DNA of 63,895 nt, filler included, from Octopus bimaculoides (Eukaryota), in the NCBI RefSeq assembly GCF_001194135.2. It is 6 parts of 6 records of this genome, joined end to end, with 100 filler letters (N's around TTAATTAATTAA, not from the genome) between each part and the next. Parts side by side here need not be neighbours in the genome. Positions count along the whole stretch, not along the records: positions 1 to 16,987 come from NC_068996.1; 5 more parts are not named here. One strand, written 5' to 3'. Positions within the stretch are counted from its first letter, which is position 1. Every line of letters begins with the position of its first letter. A program made the translations under genes and the position numbers. Positions 1 to 13,948 of this stretch are shown here, one piece after another. The notes beneath the pieces were generated by a model. The model was not told the DNA's origin and did no database searches. It saw nothing but the letters and a program-made list of their open reading frames with translations.

Positions 1-20
1 AATGAACGTGTATGCGCGTA

Positions 21-74
<54 letters not shown>

Positions 75-1855
75 CATATCTGTCTGAGACATTTAGATTT
101 CAAAGTTTCGTGTGCTACATCCACAATCATCTAATTATATCGTTATCATTGGAGTGTTGTTATGAAAGCTGGAAGATAATTCGATGAAGTTTGTATGTTA
201 GAATAAGAATGCATAATTTTTAATGTCTTCAGAAAATAATATTTATGTTATTGTTTTAAAAGTAATCACACAAGCTATTAGTAGATGTGTAATGAGATTT
301 CATGAAGAAATAGATTTAGTTTGAGAATGAGAAATTTATATTGTGTATATGTTATTTTTACATTATAAAGAAAAAAATGACTTTGAATATTATGATAATT
401 GTTGAGTTTTATCAAATTGCATGAAGATAGTCTGTCTCAACTTGATAATGAATTGCAGAAAATGTTATTCTTATATACATTATTGGAATGAGTCTAATTA
501 TACGCATTTCATTTCAACAAATAACTGCTTATGATAAGAAGGTATCACTTAATATGATATCCGTTAGTGTAAAAAATTGCAAATGCAGTCTAGCTGGTAG
601 TATATAACGAATAATGAAAAAAGATGAAACATGCATGGATATTGAAGATATAAAAGCGGTGTGAAAGAGGTAATAAATTTTATAGTTGTGAGTTGCAGTA
701 AAGAAACATATTCAGATTTATAATTTTCAAGGTGTTTCGTTCAATGGTGAAGTGTCAATTTAGTACAATGTCTCAAAAATCAAAAGTTTAAGGTCGAAGC
801 AAATTTTAATCAGTTACATATGAGGAGAATATATAAAATAAAATTGGTGGTTCAAGTTTATGAAGTGATACAGAGAGAAATGTTCATTGAATAATAGTTC
901 ATTAGTTGGAATCCTTATGAAGTAGTAAATGTAGAGTTGCTACCTGTTATGAGAGGTCAAATGTTTGAAACGTAAGAAAGCTATAAATTTCCAATGTCAT
1001 CAATTGGAAAAGCATATAGATTTATTTTTGCACAGAGGATTTCGAAGCTGCCTGTTAACAAAAATTTTTATTGCTTCTATAAGATTTGTTAAAATCAATT
1101 TATCTTCCTTTTTTTTTTCCTTTTCAATTTTAAGTTATTTGAAAGTAATGCGTTAGTAATGCATTGCTACTGTTTTAATTATTAGTAATGTATGAATACT
1201 GATTGAAACTTAATTCGCAGTAGGACTATTGCAGGGCATAAATAAATTGTTTCTACTATAGTGTGGCAAATAATATCTTGAAGTTTACACTTACAGACGA
1301 CCTGATAAATATTTGAGTTGATGTTGTAACTAATGATGTTGGAGTTAAAGATATACGAGACCATTATAGATTTTGCATGAAGTTTTATGCAGTAGAATAT
1401 ATTCTTAAGTCATTTTTATTGAATACTTTACATTACTTTGGGGGTAGAAGTATGTTTCTTCTACAGACTATATATTTTCACGATTGGTTTATAGGTTGGA
1501 TTGCACTGTACTCTTCAACGTGTTCTTGGTTAGTTGATATTTTATGCAGATTATATTTAGTCTTGAAATACATTGCGAACGTGAATACCTATGTAATAAC
1601 ACTGGTCAACAAAATTAAATGTATTATACTCATTATGAATGCAAACCAACTTTTTTAGATTAGTTTTTTATGCTTATTTCAAAATTTCACTCCATTTGTA
1701 TGCAGCACGTATCAGTTTTTCAGGTTATAAATGCAAATATTTACATATTTGTATATATGAAATCATTAATGTAATAAATAAGTACTATTATTCTGAGGAA
1801 GTAAATGGGTTTATTGAGTTAAAAATCCTCACTATCATTCTAGAAAGACTGAATA

Positions 1856-1856
<1 letters not shown>

Positions 1857-1898
<42 letters not shown>
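1857..1898 (+). repeat. Poly(A) run of 42 nt inside the Chapaev3 element
   Basis: Direct count of consecutive A. Confidence 0.95.
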
Positions 1899-1901
<3 letters not shown>

Positions 1902-1939
1902 GACAGACAAAACAAAGTTAGAACAACAGGGTTAGAAAC

Positions 1940-3549
1940 ATTGGGATTTGGATTTCCTGCGGTGTTCCTGAACTGGTTGATCACGGTAAAGTGTTCAGCA
2001 GTAGTCAACCAGCACACTGTCATTCCAGATGCCTTGGTACCATTTCTCCATAGCACTAATGTCTTGGTGAAATCTTTCACTGTGTTCATCAGACACTGCT
2101 CCAAGGTTAGCTGCGAAGAAATCCAGATGGGAGTCCAAGAAGCGAACTTTCAGTGACATGCGACAACCTATTGCTGAGTAGCATTTCGGAAGATTCTTGA
2201 TACCATCCTTGAAGTCCATTGCCCTTTTGTTGCCCAAGAAATCCTCACAGATCCAATTGAAAGCATTCCAGGCAGTTCCAGTTCATCCAGTGTTGTCTTG
2301 AAGTTGAGTACTTCTCTAATTTGGGGGTCCGATGAAGATACCCTCTTTCAACTTCGCCTGTGTGATTTAGGAAATATACAATATACTCAAACCCTCTGGC
2401 ATTTCTCTTCCCTAGTGTCTTTACAAATTATTTCATCAATCTAAGATTTATGCGCAAAGGAGGCAATAGGACATTACATGGATCTACAAGAGGTGTATTC
2501 TTGACGCTAGACTGTCCTGGCTGGTATGATGTTCTTGTCTGCCAGTTAGATTCGGAATAATGTCTGTCAGTTACCCGACTCTCCCATAGACACAAGAAAC
2601 AAACAACAGTATTTTGTGAAACCTGACTGCATTCCCATTAACATTCAAATGACTTTTAAATCTCCACATATTTTCCATGAGTAAAAGTTCCATATTTTCA
2701 TATGATTCGCGAAGATGAACGGAATGTGCAATAGGAATGGAGAGCTTCAAATTACCATTATGGAAAAGTACAGCTTTTAAACTTCGTTTTGAAGAGTCAA
2801 TAAACAGACACCACTCTGCAGGATCATGAATTTGTGATAAACATTCGAAAAGTCCATCGATGTTACTGCAAAGCAAAGCGGGCCTTCAACAGAAAAACAT
2901 GTTTGTAGAACCACATTTCTCTGCCGAAAATAAGTTATACGAACACCGTGCTCTAGCAGATATTTCTCCTTCATTCTTGATGCCAACAGTTCTGTTTTAT
3001 CTTTTGAGAGGGATAGGTCTCTGACAAGGCCATTCTGTTCAGCTTGGAAACATTTCTAAGGTTCAAAGCTATCGTCATCAGCCACGTAATTTCCCCCCGC
3101 AGCACTATCGTGACAGTCAGCATCATCATCTGATGTTTCAGTAGCAACTGGTGGAACTGGAATTAGCAGACTTCACTTGCGAGGCTCTAGTCTCATTACA
3201 GGATCCTAATTGAGATAGACAATTTTGTGTTTATTCTTCATAGAAAATCCTGTGACATTTACTTTGCAAAAATGCCAGTCATTAAAATGGTCTTTCGGCA
3301 CCCTCCATATCATTGGAACGGCAAAAGGCATGGACTTCTTCTTAATGAACCAGTCACGTAAGCCATTTGAGCAAGTTGAGCTGATAAAATGTGGTGCCCA
3401 TAACTTGTCCTGATCTCCAAGAGGACAGTCAAAGTATAGCTTATAAATCTTCTTGATCTCTGGTGATTGTGCGCTTTCACAATAAATTGTCCACTGACAT
3501 AACAAAGCACATCAGGATGATTTCTACACTGTCTTGACATTGTTGACAT
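1940..3549 (-). pseudogene. Chapaev3-like transposase pseudogene (frameshifts and stops)
   Basis: Motifs in colinear order across frames: CRNHPDVLCYVSG, WAPHFISSTC, MPFAVPMIWRVPKDH, WCLFIDSSKRSLKAVLFHNG, LLPPLRINL, AKLKEGIFIGPQIR, CRMSLKVRFLDSHLDFF, GAVSDEHSERFHQDI. The family name comes from my recognition of these motifs. Confidence 0.85.
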
Positions 3550-5054
3550 TGTAAAACAAGTGAGGAAATAGATGCAAAACGGCTATACTTGTATTGAATT
3601 TGAGATGATGAAATATTTCATCAGACCAGTTATGACCGGACAATTTGAGATGCTGAAATACCTATTTCATCAGAGAAAACTTGATTGGTTAAGTTAAGAT
3701 GATGAGATATTGCATCTGAACTATGCAGCAATTAATAATGTAGTTTATTTCAAAGGTATGTTTCCATGAAGTAAATGAAATGCATGTGTACACGTCATTA
3801 ATTGCAATTTCTATATAATGCATGAACTAAAACCAAAAAACTTTCTCATCATGAAAACTGTAAGTAATGTCAAAAAACTAATTGTATATTTGAAATCAGT
3901 ATTAAAAACTACACTAAGTACACCTTCACATATGCTTCATGAAAAATACTTGCTGACCAATGTAATTAGCCGAGCCGCTGAAAATTAGCTGATTTGCTGA
4001 AATGCTTCGATGAAATTGAGTTCCATTAAATTATTATATTCTTGGGGGTGGCTAGAATATTTTTTATACAGCAGAATTTCATTCTGTTTTTAGTATAAAG
4101 AATTAAGTAATTTATTGAGAATTACTCTGATTCTCAATAATTCTAAAAACTTTAAGGTTGTAAAGTTTGAATTACAGAATTTTAAGTTATAAGTCTTCAA
4201 ACAAGCAATATATGTTCTTGACCCAATCATTTTGTAGGGGCGGAATTTCTTGAGTGAATGATTTTCTTCATTTCTATATGAGTGACTGCGGTTTGAAATT
4301 CAATGAGATCTACATGATATCGTTAGTTTCATTCGAATCTTTGGGATGTGTGCTAATGCCGAACAGAAGGTTGGAGTGTTTTTATCCAAATGGCTTGGTT
4401 TTAGTGGACAATGGTGTTGCGTGCTTAGAGAATGATGTTTTATAGGAGAAAAACGATGTAGTTATTCAACTCTTTGCTGTTGGTTAATAGTTTCAAAACT
4501 GGGTGCATTTGAGAGTAATTGATCGGAGATAGTAATTTTTAACATCAAATTACCAGAATTTGAAATTCGATTTCAGCGAGGAAGGCTTGAACTACTGTGT
4601 GATAGCTTGGATATTACCCTTTAATGGTAGAGAATGATTATACTCAAGGGTTAACAATTTATTTTTCCTAGAATATGTTTACTTAAAGTTTCCTTATTTA
4701 TCAATAAAATATACATTTCAACGTCAAAATCTAATTCTATGCATATCTAAAAGTAAAATTAAATTCGAATTATGCAAAAGAAGCAGTTCTAGATGAAAGT
4801 CTTTATCTATATGACATACTTAACGTTTGTTGTTGAAATGACAGAAACTTTAACCGTTTGAAGATGAACTATTTCTGTTAGTCATAATTATAAAGTTTAG
4901 AAGAAAAACTAAATAATTTTGTTTCATGTTTTTTTTCTTTTTCAGCGAATAGCATAGAATTGCACTTCAGTTATTATATATATCTGAACCCCATTTAACA
5001 TCCAGTTTCATTCTCCATCCAAAAGAGTTTTGAATGCTTCAGATTTTGTGAAGT

Positions 5055-5091
<37 letters not shown>

Positions 5092-5149
5092 TAATAACGC
5101 TGCTCCAGCATGTCCCCTGGCTGAAACCAGTAAAGGTAAATATAGTAGA

Positions 5150-5480
5150 TTATCCAGTTGAGTTGGTTTTCATCCAGTGGTGAAGGCATGTGAACGACCA
5201 CCACACTTCTTCAAAATGCTCACAGGAGAAAAATGGTGCCAGTGTTTTCCACAAACATACCTCAATGAACAGCCTGCCTGAGGCTTTTCTATTAGTTCTG
5301 CATTTGCCTCCGCCATGGCTAAGAGTCCTATAAACATTTAGCACCCAACCTACCCTGTTGGGTAAACGCGCATCAGGACACCAAACCAGAATTTTCCAAA
5401 TCCTCAGGTTTGTATATCCCTGTAAATGGATGGCCGTTGATTCGCCTGGGTTCATCAACCCTTTGACAGCTCTTGTTTTT
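5150..5480 (-). mobile_element. Possible 3' end of an RLE-type (HERO/R2-group) non-LTR retrotransposon
   Basis: Minus-strand translation RVYPTGxVGCxMF resembles the PVEVGCRGF motif after the RLE nuclease. Heavily decayed. Confidence 0.4.
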
Positions 5481-5674
5481 TTTATTCTGCAAGGTTGGTG
5501 GTATAGTTAGCTTAGTCACTAGACAATAGCCATGCTGGGCCACCGTTCTCAAGGATCTAGTCGAACAAACTGTGGTGGTGGTGGTGGTTTTGGTGGCGGC
5601 GGCGGCGGCAGTGGTGGTAGTGGTGACGGTGGGTGGAACAATGACACACGCATACAGAATCACACACAATGTGC

Positions 5675-5820
5675 TTATACGACAGGGTTCTTTTAGTTTT
5701 TGACTATCAAATCTACTCACAGAGCTTTGGCTGGTTCGGGACTATAGTAGAAGATACTTGGCCCAGGCACCATGCAGTGGATCTGAACTTGATAGCACGT
5801 GCTTGTGGAGCTGCGCCTGT
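5675..5820 (-). mobile_element. tRNA-derived SINE head fragment (family A)
   Basis: Reverse-complement similarity to the head of the SINE at 27300-27691 (actatagtagaagat...gcagtgg...gaac). Confidence 0.75.
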
Positions 5821-5885
5821 GTACTTATCGGCACGAGAGTATTTTCTTTTTTCTTTTATTTATTTCACTCATTTGATTGCAGCAA

Positions 5886-6577
5886 TGCTGGAGCACTGCT
5901 TTTAGTCGAATAAATTGACCCCGGGATTTATTCTTTGGCAGCCTAGTACTCATGCTATCAGTCTCTTTTGCTTAACCGCTAAGTTACGGGAATGTACACA
6001 CACCAACATCGATTGTCTAGCGATGGTGGAGGATAAACACAGACAAATATATACATACATATATATATANNNNNNNNNNNNNNNNNNNNNNNNNNNNNNN
6101 NNNNNNNNNNNNNNNNNNNNNNNNNNNNNNNNNNNNNNNNNNNNNNNNNNNNNNNNNNNNNNNNNNNNNNNNNNNNNNNNNNNNNNNNNNNNNNNNNNNN
6201 NNNNNNNNNNNNNNNNNNNNNNNNNNNNNNNNNNNNNNNNNNNNNNNNNNNNNNNNNNNNNNNNNNNNNNNNNNNNNNNNNNNNNNNNNNNNNNNNNNNN
6301 NNNNNNNNNNNNNNNNNNNNNNNNNNNNNNNNNNNNNNNNNNNNNNNNNNNNNNNNNNNNNNNNNNNNNNNNNNNNNNNNNNNNNNNNNNNNNNNNNNNN
6401 NNNNNNNNNNATAAATATATATATATACGACGGGCTTCTTTCAGTTTCCGTCTACCAAATCCACTCACAAGGCTTTGGTTGGCCCGAGGCTATAGTAGAA
6501 GACACCTTGCCAAAAGTGCCACGTAGTGGAACTGAACCCGGAACCATGTGGTTGAGAAACTTCTTACCACTCAGCCA
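5886..6577 (-). mobile_element. Complete family A SINE with internal microsatellite spanning an N gap
   Basis: 3' half at 5886-6060 (tgctggagcac...accgctaagttacggg) and head at 6420-6577 (acgacgggcttctttcagtttccgtctaccaaatccactcacaagg...gaacccggaaccatgtgg) match 27300-27691 in reverse. Confidence 0.85.
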
Positions 6578-6599
6578 AAATGCAGAAATGATAATATTC

Positions 6600-9500
6600 G
6601 TGTTAACAGCTCAGCAAACCTTTTCCTCGAAGAGACTATAAACAACAAGAAACACGACGAAGACAAAAGTAACAAACCCCAACCACTACACGGACTTGTG
6701 GTAACCGCTTATGATCCCACAAAAACAAGTGAGAACTATGTAATACTAAAATTAGAGCTTGCATCGAAGTTCAAGCAGAACTTCATTTCTTACATACATA
6801 AGGCACTAAATGAGAGAGTGATACCAACACGATCTGAACCCCCCCCCCCCCACCGACCTGATGTTATTAGCCATCAACGGAATTGCGGGAGAACGACACA
6901 AATTCAAGCTCCCAGTTTTTGGACAATGTATGTCCTGCTATATTGTGCTACAGTAACTATATTGTGCTACAGTAACTATATTGTGCTGCACCAACAGATG
7001 GGAGTAAATGAGACTGATCCAAGTGATTAGTACTGATCTAAAACGGATTATTTCCCTGTTAATTAACATCAACGAACTCAGGAAAAAGATAGGACAGCTG
7101 GACACTATCGTCAAATGCAAAGAGAAAAACGAATTCACGAATCACCGGCTACGACTGCAAGATAGATTCTCCAAATTGTATGGCAACCGCCGCTCAGAAA
7201 CACTCATAGGCGAACTGATCAGCCACAAACGGTAAGTTTAGAACTTTGTTACTGTAAAATATTACATCAACGAAAACTGATCAACTACAATTTTGCCCAA
7301 AGGCCACACGCAATATATCGTAGTATGAAAGGAGATAGTATCAAGGTAGTGAATGCTTACTCCCAGGAAGGCCTAGTGTCATTCTGGTGGGAATCTGGGA
7401 TGTGAACGAAGAACACAATTTCGATGCAGCATGGTTAAACGAACTACAAAGTGAGTATTGTGTAAAGGTCTCTGTCAAGATATATGACATCACAGCGAAA
7501 CAATTCCGACGGTCATTATGGAACTGCTGAATAGAACTCCACATTGCGGAGATTTGATAGTAGGCTACTAGTATAAAAGGCTTGCGTTTTACAGGGAAAT
7601 TGCACGACTCTGTTCAAAAAGCAATGGATGCTGAACTAGTTATACCAGATTGGCTGACGGTTGCACGGACTACACTTATCCCCCAAAACAAAGAGACTCA
7701 CGTGACGGAAAAATATAGGTCCATAGCAATCTTGAATGCTATGTAGAAACTAGACAGGTTCTTTGAACATGTTCCTCCAACTCCACTGTCAGACAAATGG
7801 TATGATAACTGAAGGATAGGCAGGAGAATAGAGAAGAGTCGGAGGCTGTGCTAAACAGCTACTTCTCAACAAAGCTGTCCTCAAGGAAGTGAAATAACGT
7901 TGCAATCTCTTAGCAAATGGCTAGACCACATGAAAGCGTTCCAACCTGTCCCTTACTTATGGATAGCAAAATTATCACACCTTGTCAATGTAACAGCCGC
8001 TATAGTGAATACCATTGAAAAACTGACCACAACATGGCGTATACAGCTATCATCGACAACTACTGAAGCAACACCTATTGTTACATACAGAATTTATCTA
8101 TCAACAGGCATATTCTATGGTGATAATATATATCTGTAAAGTTGTTTGTACTGGCAGTGAATCCCTTGTCAGCCCTGTTAATAAAATGCCAAGGTTGCAT
8201 GTTGGGATATACAGAAAAGAATATCACCCACATAGCTTTTGTTGATGACCTACAGTTATACTCTGGTACATGAACAACATCAAAATGACAATTAGAGCTA
8301 GTCCCAACGTACTCACGAGACATAGGGCAAGATAAATGCTCGTTTATAATAATTATCTGAGGAAAGACGGTCGACCAGACAGGGAACATGTACATCAACG
8401 GCTTGTCTATCTCTCCAATTCCAAATGATGAAAACTACAGCTGTCTCGGAATCGATGAGAATGTTGTATACATTAGTGCTGTGACTAAAGCCAGAATAAC
8501 AAAAGAATGCTTTTGTAGATGCAAGAAAATATGAAACTCAAAGCTATCTACGTCTAACAAGATTATATTTCAATGCTTTAGAAGTTATATTACTAGTGGC
8601 AACATTTGGAATACCGGACTGGACACTCAATGAGATACGCAGCATGGACATCAAAACAATGAAGGTACTGACCACTACTAGCAAATTCCACATTAAGTGA
8701 TACCGTTAGAATTTATATAAGACGAAGTGATGGCGATAGATGCATAAGGTCCGTCCAAACAACCCTTGAATGTATTACTCAGACAACACCTTCTGAACAG
8801 TAAAGAAAAAATGAGTTCATTCCATGCATACTGAAAAGTGAGAGTAACGACATCAGAGTTGGAGAAGATCTACTGAGCAAGCACTCTGAGAATACATCTG
8901 TCTCATGCAACTCAAAGGAGACTCTACTGGCCTGCGATTGAATGAGAAACCTCTCCTGGACCTGCAATAGAAACATTACATCTCACCTTGAAGGATATAC
9001 CTTCGCTATCCTGGAACAGGATATAGCTGCTAAATACCTGATAAACAAGAGGGACAAAGATACCACTAAACCTCCACGTTGCGATAAAGATTGTCGGCTT
9101 GCCTCAAAATGTCTACGAGATATTACCTTCCCCTGAGTCATGATATAGTTGCAAAGACTATTTACAACACTATCCGCAGGAAGGATTTTCCTGACGTATA
9201 CATCAAAGGCATGTCAGAACTAGCGTGTATTCACACCTCTAAAATCAAGAAATACTGATAGATAACTCCAGTAAAAACATCAATTCGGCTCAAACATAAC
9301 AGACATGATATTGTTCTGTGGGATAGGGAATAAAAGTCATGCACAAAAGTCTATGAAAAAGAGAACATTTATAGTGAATTAATGCAGAACATGCAGCTCT
9401 TATACCCTGACTATATATTTTCATTTGTACCACTCATCATAGTTGCGTTAGATTATGGAGCTACATATTTAGACAAAAACTTAGAAATACTAGGTTTTTC

Positions 9501-9720
9501 CATTAGTTGCACAGTGAAAATTTGTAAGACATTCCAGAGATTCTCCATTTGAGATATTTTAGACAAATAAATACACACTCTTGGGTGTATACATCCACAG
9601 CTCAACCTTTACATCTATCCAACCACTTATTTACAAACACCGGAAAATCTCTTCATTTTAGAAGTCTTGTTTCTTTGTTAGCGACCGATATGAACTTCCT
9701 TAAAAAGAACTTAAATATAA
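6600..9720 (+). mobile_element. Decayed near full-length R4/Dong-like non-LTR retrotransposon (RT, zinc knuckle, restriction-like endonuclease)
   Basis: Colinear fragments: IPDWLTVARTTLIP, KYRSIAILNAM, KAFQPVPYLW (KAFDSVPH-like), GIFYGD (GIFQGD-like), HIAFVDDLQLY, YSCLGIDE, decayed CRL knuckle with HDIVAKTIY, KHNRHDIVLWDRE (PD..D RLE motif), FVPLIIVALD. Many stops and frameshifts. Confidence 0.8.
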
Positions 9721-9893
9721 CTCAAAGAAAAAACATACATACGTACATATATACTTCATAGGATGCAAACAAACTGTTACATTTCTTACCAAAATTTGAA
9801 GAACTGCAATATAAAATATAATAAAGTATAAAGTAATATTTTAGAATTAAACAAGTCAAATTATACAAAATATGCTTTAATATTTCACCAATA

Positions 9894-10107
9894 GGATGGC
9901 AAGCTGGCAGAATCGTTAGCACGCCGGGAAAAATGCTTAGCGGCTTTTCGTCCGTCTTAAGTTCTGAGTTCTTTTTTCTATCGAGGTCGATTTTGACTTA
10001 CATTCTTTCGGGGTCTATAAAATAAGTACCAGTTGAGCACTTGGGTCGATGTAATCCACTTAACACTTCCTCTGATCTTTCTGAACTTGTACTAAAATTT
10101 GAAACCA
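9894..10107 (+). mobile_element. SINE family B (central domain resembling Deu/Nin type)
   Basis: ggcagaatcgttagcacgccggg...ttctgagtt...ctttcggggtctataaaataagtaccag...gatgtaatc...aaatttgaaacc. Same family as the copies at 15961-16510 and 60715-61762. Confidence 0.8.
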
Positions 10108-10599
10108 ATATTTTGTTTTACCATTTCTATTAACTTTGGTAACTCAAAATGTATAGAATTCAAATGTCGCTTATTAGAAAAGCGTGCATTTAAATTATAT
10201 AGTTGATGCTAGATGATCCAATAGAAATACCAAATCTTTGAGTAGTTAAAGGAGGTCGTTGAAAAAAAGAAAAAGCTGATTGGATGACACGTAAATTGTG
10301 TTACAATGATAATCGAAGTCTTTATGAAAGAATGTAAATTTGCAAAGACAATGTTGGCTCATATATTGGTTTCAAATTTTGGCACAAGGTCAGCAATTCC
10401 GGGTGAGGTGGGCGCTCAAATGGTACTTCTTATTATATCGACTTCGAAGGGACGAAAGGAAAAGTCGAGCTTGGCAGAATATTAACTCATATATTGAGAA
10501 ATATATAATTTACGCAGAGTTTCATTTATTGATAAAAAAAATTGTTTTCATTATATCTCAATTATTCGGCAGCAAGCTGGCTGAATCGTTTGCTCTCCG

Positions 10600-10800
10600 A
10601 ACCAATATGTCGACCCCAGGATTGATTGTTTGTAAGCCTAACTCTAACCCTAACCCTAACCCTAACCCTAACCCTAATCCTTATCGTCCACTTTTGTCGA
10701 ACCGGTAAGTTACGGGTACGTAAACACACCAGCATCGGTTGTCAAGCAACGGTAGGGGGACAAACACTGATACACACACAAACACACGCATACTCTCTCA
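10600..10800 (-). mobile_element. 3' half of family A SINE, interrupted by a telomere-like repeat
   Basis: gtcgaccccagga...gtaagccta...gaaccggtaagttacggg..cgtaaacacaccagcatcggttgtcaagc matches the reverse complement of 27510-27640. Confidence 0.8.
10637..10683 (-). repeat. Short interstitial telomere-like repeat (TTAGGG)5 plus degenerate flanking units
   Basis: Five perfect CCCTAA units at 10648-10677, with cctaa/ctctaa before and tcctta after. Confidence 0.9.
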
Positions 10801-10808
10801 CACACACA

Positions 10809-11639
10809 CAGGATACGATGGGTAAATTGGCGTCCTTTTATATTTTAAGTTTCGCGCGTGCGCATTGTTTCTTTTTGATTTTGTTGACTACACAGTATAG
10901 TAGGGTTAGTTGGGCACCGTCTGTGAGAAAAACAGCACCATGACGCAATTCACTCTGCCAGAAATTTGGAAGCGACATGCTGTACTGCTTGGCAAACGCG
11001 CCGGAAACTTCGATACGAACATTTCAGTGTGTTTGCGTGTCAATCCGAGGACAGTGCAATCTGAGGAGATGTATCGAGAGTGATAAAAATCAAACATCCC
11101 GTCAGTTTTATGGTGTTTGAAGTGATCATTAGTGAAGGCGACGTTATGCCTCCATTCATCTTCCCACATGGCCTCAGACTTAACACGGAGGCCTACATCA
11201 GGCGCCTGTGGGAAGTAGTGCTGCCCTGGGTAAAGGAGCTGGCTGCTGGAAGACCCTATACCTGGCAGAAGAACCCAGACAATTGCTGCGACCACATCAC
11301 CCCTAACATCTGGCCATCTAACTCCCCAAATTGCAACTCTCTTGATTATTATGTGTGGGTCGCAGTTGAACGTGACACTAACAAAACTCCTTGTAACACC
11401 AAAGATGAACTGAAGGCAAGGATTATGGCAGCATTCACCAACTTAAACAAGGAGACCATCCAGAAGAGTTGCAGAAGATTCCGAAGTGGTCTGGCGATTT
11501 TATTGAATAAATTTACTCTTTAGTATTTCAAGATATTTTAATGTAATTTTGGTAAATACATTTGTTATAATTAGATGTCAGTGTTATTTTAATTTTTATT
11601 TTTGCGTAATTTAGACGATAATATATTCACCGATCCCTG
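10809..11639 (+). mobile_element. Internally deleted maT/DD37D-type Tc1-mariner element
   Basis: ORF 11080-11523 has MVFEVIISEGDVMPPFIF and WPSNSPNCNSLDYYVW (WPPNSPDxNPLDY-like). Degenerate TIRs are caggatacgatgggtaaattggcgtc and the reverse complement of gacgataatatattcaccgatccctg, followed by TA. Confidence 0.75.
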
Positions 11640-11683
11640 TATACGCGCGCGCGCACACATATACACACGTATATATATATATG

Positions 11684-12792
<1,109 letters not shown>

Positions 12793-13448
12793 NNNNNNNN
12801 NNNNNNNNNNNNNNNNNNNNNNNNNNNNNNNNNNNNNNNNNNNNNNNNNNNNNNNNNNNNNNNNNNNNNNNNNNNNNNNNNNNNNNNNNNNNNNNNNNNN
12901 NNNNNNNNNNNNNNNNNNNNNNNNNNNNNNNNNNNNNNNNNNNNNNNNNNNNNNNNNNNNNNNNNNNNNNNNNNNNNNNNNNNNNNNNNNNNNNNNNNNN
13001 NNNNNNNNNNNNNNNNNNNNNNNNNNNNNNNNNNNNNNNNNNNNNNNNNNNNNNNNNNNNNNNNNNNNNNNNNNNNNNNNNNNNNNNNNNNNNNNNNNNN
13101 NNNNNNNNNNNNNNNNNNNNNNNNNNNNNNNNNNNNNNNNNNNNNNNNNNNNNNNNNNNNNNNNNNNNNNNNNNNNNNNNNNNNNNNNNNNNNNNNNNNN
13201 NNNNNNNNNNNNNNNNNNNNNNNNNNNNNNNNNNNNNNNNNNNNNNNNNNNNNNNNNNNNNNNNNNNNNNNNNNNNNNNNNNNNNNNNNNNNNNNNNNNN
13301 NNNNNNNNNNNNNNNNNNNNNNNNNNNNNNNNNNNNNNNNNNNNNNNNNNNNNNNNNNNNNNNNNNNNNNNNNNNNNNNNNNNNNNNNNNNNNNNNNNNN
13401 NNNNNNNNNNNNNNNNNNNNNNNNNNNNNNNNNNNNNNNNNNNNNNNN

Positions 13449-13482
<34 letters not shown>

Positions 13483-13948
13483 TAGCAGTTTGCAATGTCT
13501 TACAAAAAAGGAAAACTATTATTGTCACTAAATGTGAGTAAGGTGGGTGTTATAAACACCTACATTGATAGAAACAAGACCTAATATGCTCTAATGCTGT
13601 AATGAAAGTACATAAATGTATGCATATATACAGACAGAGACTATAATCGTCCGAAAACACAGGTTCAGAATTCCTTATACTGAATTCAGTTCAGCAATTT
13701 CCGTTGCCTCTTCAGTTAGGACTGGCTCTATTCTGGCAAATTTCGGACTTAATTCTCTGTCTATATATATAATTTCATTACAGGAATCTATGGATGACTT
13801 CGAGAATCGTTAATGTGTATACGTAAAATTAAAAAGGACAGCAGTTTATAATGTTTTACCAAAAAGGAAAACTGTCTATTTTTATTTTCCGAAATCTACT
13901 GAAGTACACACACACACACACACACACACAGAAGCAAAAGTACATATA

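Larger units (their letters stand above)
1600..3962 (-). mobile_element. Full-length decayed Chapaev3-type (CMC superfamily) DNA transposon
   Basis: Left end cactggtcaacaaaa (1600-1614) is the inverted repeat of right end tacttgctgaccaatg (to 3962). TAA flanks both ends (1597-1599, 3963-3965), giving a 3-bp TSD. An internal transposase pseudogene lies on the minus strand. Confidence 0.85.

Noticed and set aside
4250-4620. Faint resemblance to a Gypsy RT-RNaseH connection (FSKHATPL) on the minus strand
   Set aside because: One weak motif only, with no LTRs or other domains.
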